Of a stretch of 63,561 nt of DNA, positions 39,884-50,530 are shown piece after piece. The DNA is taken from contig JAHYJR010000004.1 of the NCBI GenBank assembly GCA_019429005.1, positions 77,700 through 141,260 on the forward strand. The letters are read 5' to 3'. The stretch's first letter is position 1; the number at the start of each line of letters is the position of its first letter. The DNA comes from Nanobdellati archaeon (GTDB lineage: Archaea > EX4484-52 > GLR71). A program made the translations under genes and the position numbers. The notes below the pieces were generated by a model that saw nothing but the letters and a program-made list of their open reading frames with translations, did not search any database and was not told the DNA's origin.

Positions 39884-40801
39884 ATGAAAACTGAAATTAG
39901 TGGATATGAGGAAGCGTTTAACAAGATGTTATGGAATCATTTACCTACAATTTATGAAGAATATGAAACACATAAAGATATTATTGATCAATTGTTTGAA
40001 ACATTGCAGATAGACAATCCATTGATATATCATCATAAAATTGATTTCAAAAACTATTTGAAAAATGATTGGAATAATATAGATCTCAAATGGTACGGAA
40101 CACCAAAAGACGAACAATTTTTAAATTTAAATTCAATCCAAAACAGGATACTTATTGAATCATTCAAATATCTTACAGATCAAAATGTTGTCGCATTCAT
40201 ATATGACCCTGCACAACTTGACGAAATTGAAAAACCAATTTTTCCTTTCACAGACACAAAAAAAGTCATAAGAAATGCACTTTCTGATGAATTATATAGA
40301 GACACAATCGAAGACCTTTTTGATAGATATGGACCTATCACAATTGTACGAGATATTCGAGAATCTAATTCTGAAGATACAACAAAACCAAAAGAATTCT
40401 ATAGATTAAAAAATCAAGATAATAAGATTATTGGTGAAGATAATCTAGTTTCAGATCTTCTTAATGAACTCACAATCACACATTCAAATGCTAAAAGTTC
40501 ATTTGTAATACCATATATCACCTTTATGGGTACTTTTGGAGCTTTAGGATTTTCAATGCTAAATGTGAATTTAGTTGAAAATACACCACTATATTTTGAA
40601 GATATTATAAATACTACAAACATTATAAACGGTTTCGCAATAAGTACTTTATTAGGTTTAGCTAGTTGTTCAATACCATATGGATTTGAAAATACAATTG
40701 ACACGCTTAAAGAATCAAACCAGAGAATTGGTATCAAAAACAAGGTCAAAAAGGATACCAATAATATCAAAACAAAAGAAACTTTAAAATATACATTCTA
40801 A
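39884..40801 (+). CDS. hypothetical membrane protein, paralog B
   Basis: MKTEISGYEEAF aligns with the paralog A start, so ATG 39884 is preferred. Confidence 0.65.
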   Translation: MKTEISGYEEAFNKMLWNHLPTIYEEYETHKDIIDQLFETLQIDNPLIYHHKIDFKNYLKNDWNNIDLKWYGTPKDEQFLNLNSIQNRILIESFKYLTDQNVVAFIYDPAQLDEIEKPIFPFTDTKKVIRNALSDELYRDTIEDLFDRYGPITIVRDIRESNSEDTTKPKEFYRLKNQDNKIIGEDNLVSDLLNELTITHSNAKSSFVIPYITFMGTFGALGFSMLNVNLVENTPLYFEDIINTTNIINGFAISTLLGLASCSIPYGFENTIDTLKESNQRIGIKNKVKKDTNNIKTKETLKYTF

Positions 40802-40813
40802 TAATTCTTTACT

Positions 40814-41845
40814 ATGAACCAAAAAATGATTATTATAGATGGCTCAAAAGGTGAAGGTGGCGGGCAAGTTATACGTAGTGCTGTCGCGCTTTCAGCTGTA
40901 ACTCAAAAACCTGTAAAAATCATAAACATAAGAGCAAAACGATGCAATCCAGGACTTCGCAATCAACATGTAAATGGAATAAAAGCTGTTGGTGAAATCT
41001 GTAACGCAAAAATTGAAGGATGTTACATAGGCTCATCTGAACTTGAATTCATACCATCTTCAATCCAGCCAAAATATATCAAAATTAAAATAGACACCGC
41101 AGGATCTATAAGTCTTATATTACAAGCGATTATGATACCTCTATTACACGCAAAAAGCAATATAATTATTGAGATTAAAGGCGGAGCTACTTTCGGCAAA
41201 TGGGCACCACCTATAGATTATACAACACAAATACTTTTTCAATTACTTAAAAAAATGGGCTATTATCTAAAATTAGATATTATCAAACAAGGCTATTATC
41301 CAAAGGGTATGGCTGATGTTGTGCTTAAAGTCACGAAAACAGAAAAACTAAAACCTTTAGTCATAACAGACCGTGGTAAGCTTCTTGAAATTAAAGGCGT
41401 ATCAAATGCATCTTCTTTACTTAAAAAAGCAGAAGTTGCTGAAAGACAAAAAATAGCTGCAAAAAAGTATCTTGAAGATAAGTTTAAAGTTCCAGTCAAT
41501 ATAACCATAGAATACGCAGATACTGACAGTGTTGGGTCTTGTATAGTTCTTTGTGCGGTCTTTGAAAACACTTTGCTTGGTTCAGATGCGCTTGGTGAAC
41601 GGGGTGTAAAGGCTGAAACTGTGGGCATAACTGCAGCAAAATGCATTGAACATATTATTAACACAGATTGTACAATAGACCCCTTATTGAGTGATCAGAT
41701 ACTACCATATCTTGTGTTTGCAGAAGGCAAATCAAAAATTAAGATTTCTAAAGTGACAGGGCATCTTGAAACAATTAAAGATGTTATTGGGATGTTTATA
41801 GAACGTAAAATTTGTTTTGAGGATGGGTTTGTCTACATAAATTGA
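40814..41845 (+). CDS. rtcA: RNA 3'-terminal phosphate cyclase
   Basis: IDGS.GEGGGQ.IR, PGLR.QH, TAGSI.L, GYYPKG, DQ, TGHL.T. Confidence 0.95.
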   Translation: MNQKMIIIDGSKGEGGGQVIRSAVALSAVTQKPVKIINIRAKRCNPGLRNQHVNGIKAVGEICNAKIEGCYIGSSELEFIPSSIQPKYIKIKIDTAGSISLILQAIMIPLLHAKSNIIIEIKGGATFGKWAPPIDYTTQILFQLLKKMGYYLKLDIIKQGYYPKGMADVVLKVTKTEKLKPLVITDRGKLLEIKGVSNASSLLKKAEVAERQKIAAKKYLEDKFKVPVNITIEYADTDSVGSCIVLCAVFENTLLGSDALGERGVKAETVGITAAKCIEHIINTDCTIDPLLSDQILPYLVFAEGKSKIKISKVTGHLETIKDVIGMFIERKICFEDGFVYIN

Positions 41846-42684
41846 TAATCTAAGAGGTCCTTAATCTGTAACTTTTTAATTTTTGCTTCTAAGTCTTTAG
41901 GTTTCAACAAAAGCAAATTTGGATTTTCCTTATAATTAAAATTTGGATTAAAAAACCAAATAATTGAATCTAAAAGGACTTTATTTGTATTAATTTCATC
42001 TTTTTTTGATGTGAAAATCAAATGATTTATATTTATATCGTTAAGATTGAAACCTAAATCAAGTACCATTGTATTATAGGATTCTTTAATCCTATCTAAA
42101 GAACAACCAATATATAATGGATTCTTTACTATGTATTCATCATCTAATTTGAGAACATCCCTAAAATAAGTTACAGTATCAAAAATATTTTGAGTAGAAT
42201 AACCAAAAATAGGGCCAAAATTCAAAATTTCTTTATCAAGACCGAGATCTTCTGTTATTAACTTAACATGATTAGAAATATTTTCAACAGAAAGATCATA
42301 AATTGTATCATAATCCAATATTTTACGATTAAGATTAAGAGTTCCAATCAATAAATTTACACGATCATAAATATGTTCATATGAACGACCATAAATATGA
42401 GGATTACTTAAGGATTTTCGATCAAAATCTAAATTTTTAGTAAGTAAATCAATATGTTGCGTTAAATTATATTCAGATAAACCTAAAAGACCTGTATAAA
42501 TTTCAAATTTATGTTCTTTCATATTTGTTTTATCCTTAAATATGTTATATGCTACCTCCATAGTTTCAATAGGTGGTGGGTACTCAACTTTAGAATGAAT
42601 TAAAAATCTATCTGAATCTATACCATGATCTTCTAACCATTTTATACGTTTATATTTTTCAGATTGTGTTAACTTACTATTCAT
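41833..42684 (-). CDS. mTERF-like helical repeat protein
   Basis: about 33-aa repeats P.I.G.S...I...V..L...L.L; ATG 42684 avoids overlap with trmI. Confidence 0.6.
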   Translation of the reverse strand: MNSKLTQSEKYKRIKWLEDHGIDSDRFLIHSKVEYPPPIETMEVAYNIFKDKTNMKEHKFEIYTGLLGLSEYNLTQHIDLLTKNLDFDRKSLSNPHIYGRSYEHIYDRVNLLIGTLNLNRKILDYDTIYDLSVENISNHVKLITEDLGLDKEILNFGPIFGYSTQNIFDTVTYFRDVLKLDDEYIVKNPLYIGCSLDRIKESYNTMVLDLGFNLNDININHLIFTSKKDEINTNKVLLDSIIWFFNPNFNYKENPNLLLLKPKDLEAKIKKLQIKDLLDYQFM

Positions 42685-42775
42685 CAGTAACAATATTTTA
42701 TATAATTTCTGTAATTTATATAAAAACCACATCAAAACAGCAAAACTTAATAAATAAACAGTCAAATTAAGATGC

Positions 42776-43543
42776 ATGACCTCAAAAAACAAGATTAAAG
42801 AAAATGATATGGTCTTAATATGCCATGAATCTGGAAAATCCTTTTTAAGGCCTGTTGAATACAGAACGTTTACAACCGAATGGGGTGGCTATTTTCTTAA
42901 AGAACTCATAGGACTGGATTATGGGGCAATAGTCAAAACAACAAAAGATGTAAAATTAAAAATACTTAAACCAGACACAAATGATCTCCTTGTAAAAAGC
43001 CTAAAAAGGCTTCCGCAAATAATTAACAAGAAAGATGCAGGTCTAATTATAACAAGCCTCGGTATAAATAAAGAGTCACGAGTGCTTGAATCTGGTACAG
43101 GTTCAGCATACCTTACAACATACCTTGCAGGAATCGCAAAAGAAGTTGTAACATTTGAAATTAACTTAAGACATTACAAAAATGCAATTGAAAACATTGA
43201 GAAAATGGGACTTGACAATGTCAAGATAATAAATGATGACATAATCAATTCAAAAGAAATGGATTTTGATTGTGTTGTGCTTGATTTGCCAGACCCAGAA
43301 CGTGTTATACCTACGCTTGCAACAAAAATAAAAATAGGTGGGCGTATTGCGGTATATGTACCTTGCATAGAACAGATTATTGCATCAGATAAGTCTCTTA
43401 AAGCTTCTGGTTTTGAAGGTATCTCAATAAAAGAATGCATATTAAGATCATGGAAAACAGATGATTGCACAAGACCAAATACAAAAATGCTTGGACATAC
43501 GGGTTTTTTGGTTTTCGCAAGATATATGGGTAAATGGGACTGA
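42776..43543 (+). CDS. trmI: tRNA (adenine57/58-N1)-methyltransferase
   Basis: R.PQII..KD, VLESGTGS, LDLPDP, Y.PCIEQ, RP...M.GHTGFL. Confidence 0.93.
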   Translation: MTSKNKIKENDMVLICHESGKSFLRPVEYRTFTTEWGGYFLKELIGLDYGAIVKTTKDVKLKILKPDTNDLLVKSLKRLPQIINKKDAGLIITSLGINKESRVLESGTGSAYLTTYLAGIAKEVVTFEINLRHYKNAIENIEKMGLDNVKIINDDIINSKEMDFDCVVLDLPDPERVIPTLATKIKIGGRIAVYVPCIEQIIASDKSLKASGFEGISIKECILRSWKTDDCTRPNTKMLGHTGFLVFARYMGKWD

Positions 43544-43547
43544 ACTT

Positions 43548-43913
43548 ATGGAAATCACAAATATAACCAAAGGCACACATATAGATAATATAGATACAGC
43601 AAATAACATGTTAAAAAAAGTCATAGGCCTTATGTTTAGAAAATCTGGACGAATGCTTTTCAAATTTAATAGAGAAGGTTCTTACGGCATATGGATGCCA
43701 TTCATGCATATGAGTCTTGATTTGATATTTATAGATAAAGATAAAAAGATTGTAGATATAAAAGAAGATGTTAAACCCATAACGATTTTTTTGAAAAATC
43801 TAAAAATTTATTATCCACAAAAAAAATCGAAATACATACTTGAAATCGAGAAAGGTCTTTCAAACACAAAAAACCTTGAAATTGATGACATACTCGAATT
43901 TGATATGAAATGA
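43548..43913 (+). CDS. DUF192 family protein
   Basis: GLMFR, MLF, IWM.FM...LDLIFID, YILE. Confidence 0.85.
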   Translation: MEITNITKGTHIDNIDTANNMLKKVIGLMFRKSGRMLFKFNREGSYGIWMPFMHMSLDLIFIDKDKKIVDIKEDVKPITIFLKNLKIYYPQKKSKYILEIEKGLSNTKNLEIDDILEFDMK

Positions 43914-43914
43914 T

Positions 43915-43993
43915 GGGCCCTTAGGGTAGTTTGGTTTTATCCTCGGAGCTTTGGGAGCTTTGGACCCCGGTTCGAATCCGGGAGGGCCCACCA
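43915..43993 (+). tRNA. tRNA-Pro(TGG)
   Basis: GGGCCCT...AGGGCCC-A-CCA; TTTGGGA anticodon loop; GGTTCGAATCC. Confidence 0.92.
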
Positions 43994-44296
43994 ATTATAT
44001 TTAATTAAAAGAATTAGAAATGCTTCTATATATAACGATTTAATCCATTTTAGGTTATAATTACAGCTATAACATCAATAACTATATATTCTATATTTTA
44101 CAATTAATATCTAATATAAATATATAATTTGAATATGTAATTATATTGTATTTGTAACTGTTAAATTTAGATTTCTTTTTTATTATAGTGATTCAAAAGC
44201 ATACATAGGATTCATAAATAACAAATATTTCTTAAATATGTGTATAATCCAGCTTAAATTAAATAATTTTAAATAAACTCGCGACCTAATAGCCTT

Positions 44297-45184
44297 ATGC
44301 TTGAATATTTATTACTGGCCGTCGCACTTATCGGTACAGCTGCAGCTGGGTATATAGACCTAAAAACAACAGAAATACCTGACTATATACCATTATTCAT
44401 AGGCGGAAGCGGTTTGTTAATACATCTACTTTATGGGTTGATTACAGGTTCATGGATAGGGTTACAATATTCTTTGGGTATTGGTTTTGGATTTCTTGCA
44501 CTAGGTTATATCATGTTCTATACAGGACAATGGGGTGAAGCTGATGTTCTTGTACTTGGAGCACTCGGATTTCTCATACCATTACCATTAAGCATATTTC
44601 ATCCATCAATGATAAATGTATATTACCCTTTAATATTTATCTTAAATGTATTTCTTATAGGCGGAATATATTCCATAATTTATGCGATAGTAAAAACATT
44701 TATGACTAAAGGCGTATTTACAAAATTCTATAATAAGGTCTTAACAAGTAAAAAAGGATTTTTAGTTATCACAATCGCATATTTTGCAATATTCCCTACA
44801 ATAGTGTATCTGATTACAAAAGGTCTTGGATTTAATCCCGTATTTTGGTTAATAATCAAACAGGGCGTATATTTCTATCCGACAATACTTGCAGTATACA
44901 TCTTATACATATTCACAAAGATACTCGATAGTGAAGCGTTCAGATGGACAATCAGCACTAAAGATCTTCAAGAAGGTGATGTCCTTGCAGAAGATATTAC
45001 ATATAGAGGCAAGAAGATATCTAGTAAATTACTTGTAGGTCTTGATGCAGAGACAATTAAGATATTACAGAAAGCACGGAAAAAAGTTGTTATTAAAGGC
45101 GGTATTTGTTATGCACCAACATTCTTCTTTACAATAATTGCAACAGTATATCTTGGAAATGTAATATTGTATTTTGTGTTTTAA
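44297..45184 (+). CDS. A24 family prepilin/preflagellin peptidase
   Basis: YIDLK..EIPD and WGEAD catalytic aspartates; polytopic; C-terminal L.EGD and YAP. Confidence 0.85.
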   Translation: MLEYLLLAVALIGTAAAGYIDLKTTEIPDYIPLFIGGSGLLIHLLYGLITGSWIGLQYSLGIGFGFLALGYIMFYTGQWGEADVLVLGALGFLIPLPLSIFHPSMINVYYPLIFILNVFLIGGIYSIIYAIVKTFMTKGVFTKFYNKVLTSKKGFLVITIAYFAIFPTIVYLITKGLGFNPVFWLIIKQGVYFYPTILAVYILYIFTKILDSEAFRWTISTKDLQEGDVLAEDITYRGKKISSKLLVGLDAETIKILQKARKKVVIKGGICYAPTFFFTIIATVYLGNVILYFVF

Positions 45185-45271
45185 GTAATACAGAATACAT
45201 TTGATATTTTAGAAATGATTATTCTACTATTTTAGAAATTAAGATTCTTGTATTTTTGAAAAAATATAGAT

Positions 45272-45502
45272 TTTAGAAATAAAAAATTTAGAATTTTAAA
45301 AAAAAATCTATAAGTTTAGAAATAAAAAATTTAGAATTTTAAAAAAATCTATAAGTTTAGAAATAAAAAATTTAGAATTTTAAAAAAAAATCTATAAGTT
45401 TAGAAATAAAAAATTTAGAATTTTAAAAAAAAATCTATAAGTTTAGAAATAAAAAATTTAGAATTTTAAAAAAAATCTATAAGTTTAGAAATAAAAAATT
45501 TA
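45272..45502. repeat. AT-rich 41-43-bp tandem repeat, 5 full copies plus a partial one
   Basis: TTTAGAAATAAAAAATTTAGAATTTT(A7-9)TCTATAAG, between convergent genes. Confidence 0.95.
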
Positions 45503-45563
45503 TAAGTTTAGAAAAATAATTAATTGGTAATTTTAAAAATAATCATTCTATAATTAAAAATAA

Positions 45564-47462
45564 TCATTCTATAATTATAGGAGACGTTTCACGAATATAT
45601 TTTAACTGACCATATTCTTCTTTAAGTTCTTCAAGTTCTTTCTTTAAAAATTCATTAGAACGTTTCATATTAATCATTTCTGATTTTATACCCTTTATAA
45701 TATTTATTGTGTCAAGCTCACTATTTTCAATTTCAATTTCAGTATTTTTAAGTTTTGAAATATTTTTCAACAAAAGAACCATATCATTTTTTAAGTTTTC
45801 TACTTCTACTTTTTTAGCAGATTTGTGCTCCATTATATTTAATGCATCTTTAAGTCCTTCTAATTCACTTCGCCTAAGACTGTCCTGTTCAACATTACGT
45901 AATGCTTTTTTTAAGTCATCAATATCTTCAGTTTTAACAATTTCACTATCAAAAATAGATAAAGCATCTTTCATATTTTCTATATCATCTTCAAGATTCA
46001 AAATGGTTTTATTATATGAAGATGAGATTTGTGCAATTTTAACAAACATATTTTTATTTGATGCTGCAACCATATTTTTTGAATTAGATAGTACAGTTTC
46101 AATCTTATTGTTCAACATTTCGGAAACTCTTGATAATTTTTCAATATCATCTGTTACACTATTTAATACTAATTCATTTGTTTTCTTTAAGTCCTCAATT
46201 TTTGAATCAAAACTAATTTCGTAAAAATCTTGTTTTTTTAACACATCTTCAATCATTACTTTTAAATCATCATCACTAATATTATTCGTTATAGACTCAA
46301 TAGAACTTATTTTTGACACAATATCTTTTAAAATATCATTATATTTGCTAAGAACTGGTAATATTTTTTGTTTTATAGCAGCATTATCAGATTCATTCTT
46401 TATTTGTATAGCATCAACTTTTTTTGATAACCCATCATTTACTGCACTAAAATTATGTATAATATCATCAATCTCAGTTTTGATTATTTCTTCAGTATTT
46501 TTAGCTAACGTATTTTGTGAATTTTCAAATTCGTTTTTAATTATATCTATTGTTTTTATAAGTTCGGCTTCACGAATTGAAAAAGATTCATTTGAAATTT
46601 CTTGAACTTTAGTTTTAAGGAATAACTCTGTATCTTGATTAAATTTGCCCATAACTTCAAACTTAGTTTTTAGTTCCGTTAATTCGCCTAACATATTTTT
46701 TTGTATATCGTTAAACTTAAGATTAATATCATTCTTAAATGAACTAATTTCAGATTTTAATTGTGTTTCTGTTGACGTTATATTATTATTGATAACATTT
46801 ATTTTTTGATCGACATTTTTTGTATTATTAGAAATAGCATCAAAATGCTCAAAGTGGTTTTTCATCATTTTTGATAACTCTAAAAGATTTTTCTGTAACG
46901 CATTAAAACGAGTTTCGACATCTTTACTATTTATTTTAAGATTATTAATATCTGAAATTATTGTTGCATCCTGTTTTGAATCTTTAACTTTTTCATCCAA
47001 TACAGAATCCCAGATTTTCAATGTAGATTGTATCGTTTTTATAGCGTTTAAAATACCGTTAAATTTATCATACATATCTGTTTTTAAGAATTCAAGATTA
47101 TCTTTATTATTCAAATCAGAACGTAGTTCAATTAACTTTTTATCAAGTTCATTAGATTTGGATTTCTCAAAAGATTGTATATTATCAGTTAAAGAAGCTA
47201 TAGTTTTTTTAACATTCTCTATTTTATCAAACCATAATTTATCATGAGCTATTAATTTGTTATCAACATTAGATAATATCTTATTGATATCAACTTTGTC
47301 TGTTGTTGTCGAAATATTGATATTTTTAACCTTATTCTGTTTAGCTTCTAAAGAGTTCATCTTTGATATTGCATTTTTTAATTTAGAATGAAGATTACTT
47401 ACAGATACTTCAGACACCTTATTATTATCAGTAGAATTTGATGAATTTGACACAATCAACAC
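45564..47462 (-). CDS. long coiled-coil protein
   Basis: heptad-rich, no Walker motifs; C-terminal PIIIE. Confidence 0.7.
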   Translation of the reverse strand: MLIVSNSSNSTDNNKVSEVSVSNLHSKLKNAISKMNSLEAKQNKVKNINISTTTDKVDINKILSNVDNKLIAHDKLWFDKIENVKKTIASLTDNIQSFEKSKSNELDKKLIELRSDLNNKDNLEFLKTDMYDKFNGILNAIKTIQSTLKIWDSVLDEKVKDSKQDATIISDINNLKINSKDVETRFNALQKNLLELSKMMKNHFEHFDAISNNTKNVDQKINVINNNITSTETQLKSEISSFKNDINLKFNDIQKNMLGELTELKTKFEVMGKFNQDTELFLKTKVQEISNESFSIREAELIKTIDIIKNEFENSQNTLAKNTEEIIKTEIDDIIHNFSAVNDGLSKKVDAIQIKNESDNAAIKQKILPVLSKYNDILKDIVSKISSIESITNNISDDDLKVMIEDVLKKQDFYEISFDSKIEDLKKTNELVLNSVTDDIEKLSRVSEMLNNKIETVLSNSKNMVAASNKNMFVKIAQISSSYNKTILNLEDDIENMKDALSIFDSEIVKTEDIDDLKKALRNVEQDSLRRSELEGLKDALNIMEHKSAKKVEVENLKNDMVLLLKNISKLKNTEIEIENSELDTINIIKGIKSEMINMKRSNEFLKKELEELKEEYGQLKYIRETSPIIIE

Positions 47463-47489
47463 CTATTATATATTTGTTCGGTCTGGTTA

Positions 47490-48413
47490 TTATACTTTAC
47501 CCTTAGACTTTGATGTTTTTAACGTTTTTACTGAAATATCTGACTTTTGAGTCTTATTTTTTATATTTTTTTTAATAAGATCTAGATCTTTATGTGATTC
47601 TTCAATCATTATTACAATCATATCTAATATATCCTTGAACTGTTTAAATTTGGCATCATGTTTATTTAAATTGTTTGATACCTTGTGATGTTCATCCATT
47701 GATACTTTGGAATTAATAATCTGTTCAAAACCACCTAAAGTATCTTTATGTGTATTTTTTACAAATGTTATATCTGAGATTAATTCAGAAATATCATGCT
47801 CAATAGAATCTACTCTAGAATCAAGTCCTTTTAAATTAAATTGAGTATTGTTTTTTGGATTTTTAATCGACGATGTTAAGTTATCCATCTGAGTTTTTAA
47901 ATGTTGTATCTCAGCTGACAAGGGTTTCATATCTTGTTTAAAATCAAGTTTTTTTGATATTAATTTTGAAACAATAATTTCAAGATCATAAAGTCGTGTT
48001 TTAAGATACATATTCTCTTTATTCAGATTCTCAAGATTAACTGTAAGCGTTAATTTAGTATTTAATACTTTAATAGCATCAGACATCAGATTCATCTTGC
48101 CATTCAATACAGAGATCTGCTCATTTATATCATTAAAATTCACTTCAAAATTAGTTGCATCAAACCGTTCAAAAAGAGCCATATCTTCCAATTGAGATAT
48201 CGATTTCTTGATTATAACCTCATTATCTTGAACATTGTTGTTATCATTATCATTTAAAATATCTGTTTTTTTGCTTAATTCCAATAAAATATTTTCAATA
48301 ACGTTGATTCTATTTTCAACATCTTTTTTAGGTTCGTTAATATTGTCTTTAAGACTGTTAAACATTTCTATAATATTATTACCAGACATAGAATCACCAA
48401 TAACCAAATACAA
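47490..48413 (-). CDS. coiled-coil protein
   Basis: heptad-rich; start uncertain. Confidence 0.65.
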   Translation of the reverse strand: MYLVIGDSMSGNNIIEMFNSLKDNINEPKKDVENRINVIENILLELSKKTDILNDNDNNNVQDNEVIIKKSISQLEDMALFERFDATNFEVNFNDINEQISVLNGKMNLMSDAIKVLNTKLTLTVNLENLNKENMYLKTRLYDLEIIVSKLISKKLDFKQDMKPLSAEIQHLKTQMDNLTSSIKNPKNNTQFNLKGLDSRVDSIEHDISELISDITFVKNTHKDTLGGFEQIINSKVSMDEHHKVSNNLNKHDAKFKQFKDILDMIVIMIEESHKDLDLIKKNIKNKTQKSDISVKTLKTSKSKGKV

Positions 48414-48503
48414 CCTATAGATTATATAGTCTTTTGATTGTATATATAGATTAATTAGGATTTATACTTGTAAAGAATAGATCTGCTTTGGGATATATAA
48501 TAA

Positions 48504-49085
48504 TCATAAAAACTTAACATTAAAAGCGATTTTCTTCAACCAGACAATCCATAATGCGAGAACGAATAATACAAGACCCCATTCCCATAAAAATGAATGG
48601 ATGATATCAAAAAAGCTAATACCATATATTATTGTGAAATACATTGTTGTTACAAGACGTATGACGTTACCTATAAAGATTACAGGAATGCCTATTAAAA
48701 CACCTAAAAGTCTTGGTTTTAATTTGACTTTTCTTGTAGCAAAGATTAATCCAACTAAGGCAAGGAATGATTTCCAACCGATGCAATCCTTAATTATTTC
48801 AACACCAAGTTCTCCAGTTAGCGTATTTAAAATAAATAGAGAACCATCATAGGAAAAAGAACCTGTAAAAAAGGATAATACAACTGCAACAGCATATGAT
48901 GTAAGACGTATAATTGAAGTGAACTCAATACCAGACCAAATAATTAAATACATCGGTAAGGCTAATATTAAGAATTTCAAAAGAAATATCAGAACATCAA
49001 AAAGACGTTTCTGTTTTTCAGTAAAGTCTTTTGTGATATTTGATTCTGTTTTTTTAAAAAATAATTCTAACTTATGAAGCGACAT
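48504..49085 (-). CDS. exosortase/archaeosortase family protein
   Basis: polytopic; I..DC.G (Cys), GN.IR (Arg) and IH..LW (His) triad. Confidence 0.85.
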   Translation of the reverse strand: MSLHKLELFFKKTESNITKDFTEKQKRLFDVLIFLLKFLILALPMYLIIWSGIEFTSIIRLTSYAVAVVLSFFTGSFSYDGSLFILNTLTGELGVEIIKDCIGWKSFLALVGLIFATRKVKLKPRLLGVLIGIPVIFIGNVIRLVTTMYFTIIYGISFFDIIHSFLWEWGLVLFVLALWIVWLKKIAFNVKFL

Positions 49086-49239
49086 ACATCTGCTCACCGC
49101 AATGATCTGGTGCTACATAAAGATTATTGCAAGTATTGCATTTTACTGTAGTTCCATCGTTCTTAAGTTCATGATCTGATTTACAACCGGTTTTACAGAT
49201 TTCTTTTTCATGACCACAAGATTTACATTTCCATTTCAT
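49072..49239 (-). CDS. 55-aa Cys-rich metal-binding protein (not in the ORF track)
   Basis: MKWKCKSCGH...C...C...CNTC...HCGEQM; GTGA RBS-like element and TATA-like box upstream. Confidence 0.7.
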   Translation of the reverse strand: MKWKCKSCGHEKEICKTGCKSDHELKNDGTTVKCNTCNNLYVAPDHCGEQMYVAS

Positions 49240-49291
49240 AAATATCACTTATTGTTTATTTGATTTTTGTATTTATAAATATAAATCGTTT

Positions 49292-50190
49292 TTAAGCTTT
49301 TAACTTAATTGGTTTTTTATCCGAGTCTTTCTTTTTATTTAAGGTTTCTTCAGAAGGTTTATTATCAGTAGAACTTTTCTTATCTTCAGATGTATCTTTA
49401 ACGATTGATTTTTTTGATTTGTTGAAATAATAAAGTGCAACGATTAAAAAGAATATTACGATTACAAATACATTCTAAGATGTATTGTAAGATGCAAGAC
49501 CGGTTGGTGTCTGAATTACTGTTTCAGACACTATAGCAGCTTCAGTATTTAATGCAAGATTTGCTAAGGCTTTTGCATTATCATAATTTCCAAGCTCATA
49601 TTGGTACAGAGCATCATTAAGGTATATTTTCGCTTCAGGTTTTGTTATTGTGTCTTGTGCAGATGTTAGGATATTAAGAGTTTCGACTTTAAGTATATCT
49701 TCTTCAGATAATGGCATTTCACAGCCTTGAGTCTCTAAAGGTTTATCCGTTGTTGTGTTACACGTGCTAAGATCAGTACAGAATCTCTCTTTTGTATTAT
49801 CTAGACATTCACTCCATTCTGAACAGGACCGGTCTTCAATACAGATTTCAGGTTCATTAGTTTCACAAGGACCGCAATCATCTTGAGATGTTTCACAAGT
49901 CTCATACACACTACAATAACCATCACCATAAGCATAAGAGGGTCCATTTGATGACGATGATGTTGTTACCACAATAGGTATAGCGGATGCAGTCAAAGAA
50001 CTGCTTGATACATATGTTGCATTGAAAGTTGATTCTTCTAGATTAAGAACGGTATAGATTATAAAAGTTCCAGCAGATGGAACAGTCCAAGATATCTGTT
50101 CAGTTAAAGTACTATTAGAATAAATCTCAGATAATACCTTTGTCTCTATTAAAGCACCACCTGTCTCGGGATTACCATTATAGAAAATCT
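49292..50190 (-). pseudogene. 5'-truncated surface protein remnant (CARDB-like, Cys-rich, TM)
   Basis: frame opens mid-domain at IFYNGNPE; YGDG.C...ETC..C..DC and C.EWS.C modules; in-frame TAG at 49475 before an intact TM and charged tail. Confidence 0.7.
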
Positions 50191-50530
50191 AGTTAAAGGT
50201 TCAAATATTTGAATAGTTAAAGTTTACGGTTTTTAAAAAAACGGAGAATGAACCAAAACTTTCAAAAGGAACTTAAAACTTAAGGAAATAATCTATTTTT
50301 AATCGCTTTGAAAAGGCTATAATTCTCATTATCATCAATCAATTCGGATGTATAATTTATAGAACTTCGATATTGAGAATAAGACATAATACCAGATTCA
50401 GACATTGTTCATGAATCATTTCTAAGATTTAAAATAAAGAAGGATGTATAAAATATTACATAAATCATTATTATGACAGAAATAAAACCCCCGACATAAT
50501 TATATTTTGTATATTTTTTCAATAATCGTT

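Noticed and set aside
39292-40290. DGR template/variable repeat pair
   Set aside because: Only two synonymous differences, not adenine-specific, and no reverse transcriptase in the window.
45272-45502. CRISPR array or replication origin
   Set aside because: Units are contiguous with no unique spacers; no cas, cdc6 or ORB motif nearby.
45564-48413. SMC/Rad50 or chemoreceptor
   Set aside because: No Walker A/B, signature, hinge or MCP hairpin motif is visible.
49475-49477. Amber read-through or recoding before a TM segment
   Set aside because: The gene is also 5'-truncated and TAG is a normal stop elsewhere (e.g. uppS); a TGG-to-TAG nonsense change is simpler.
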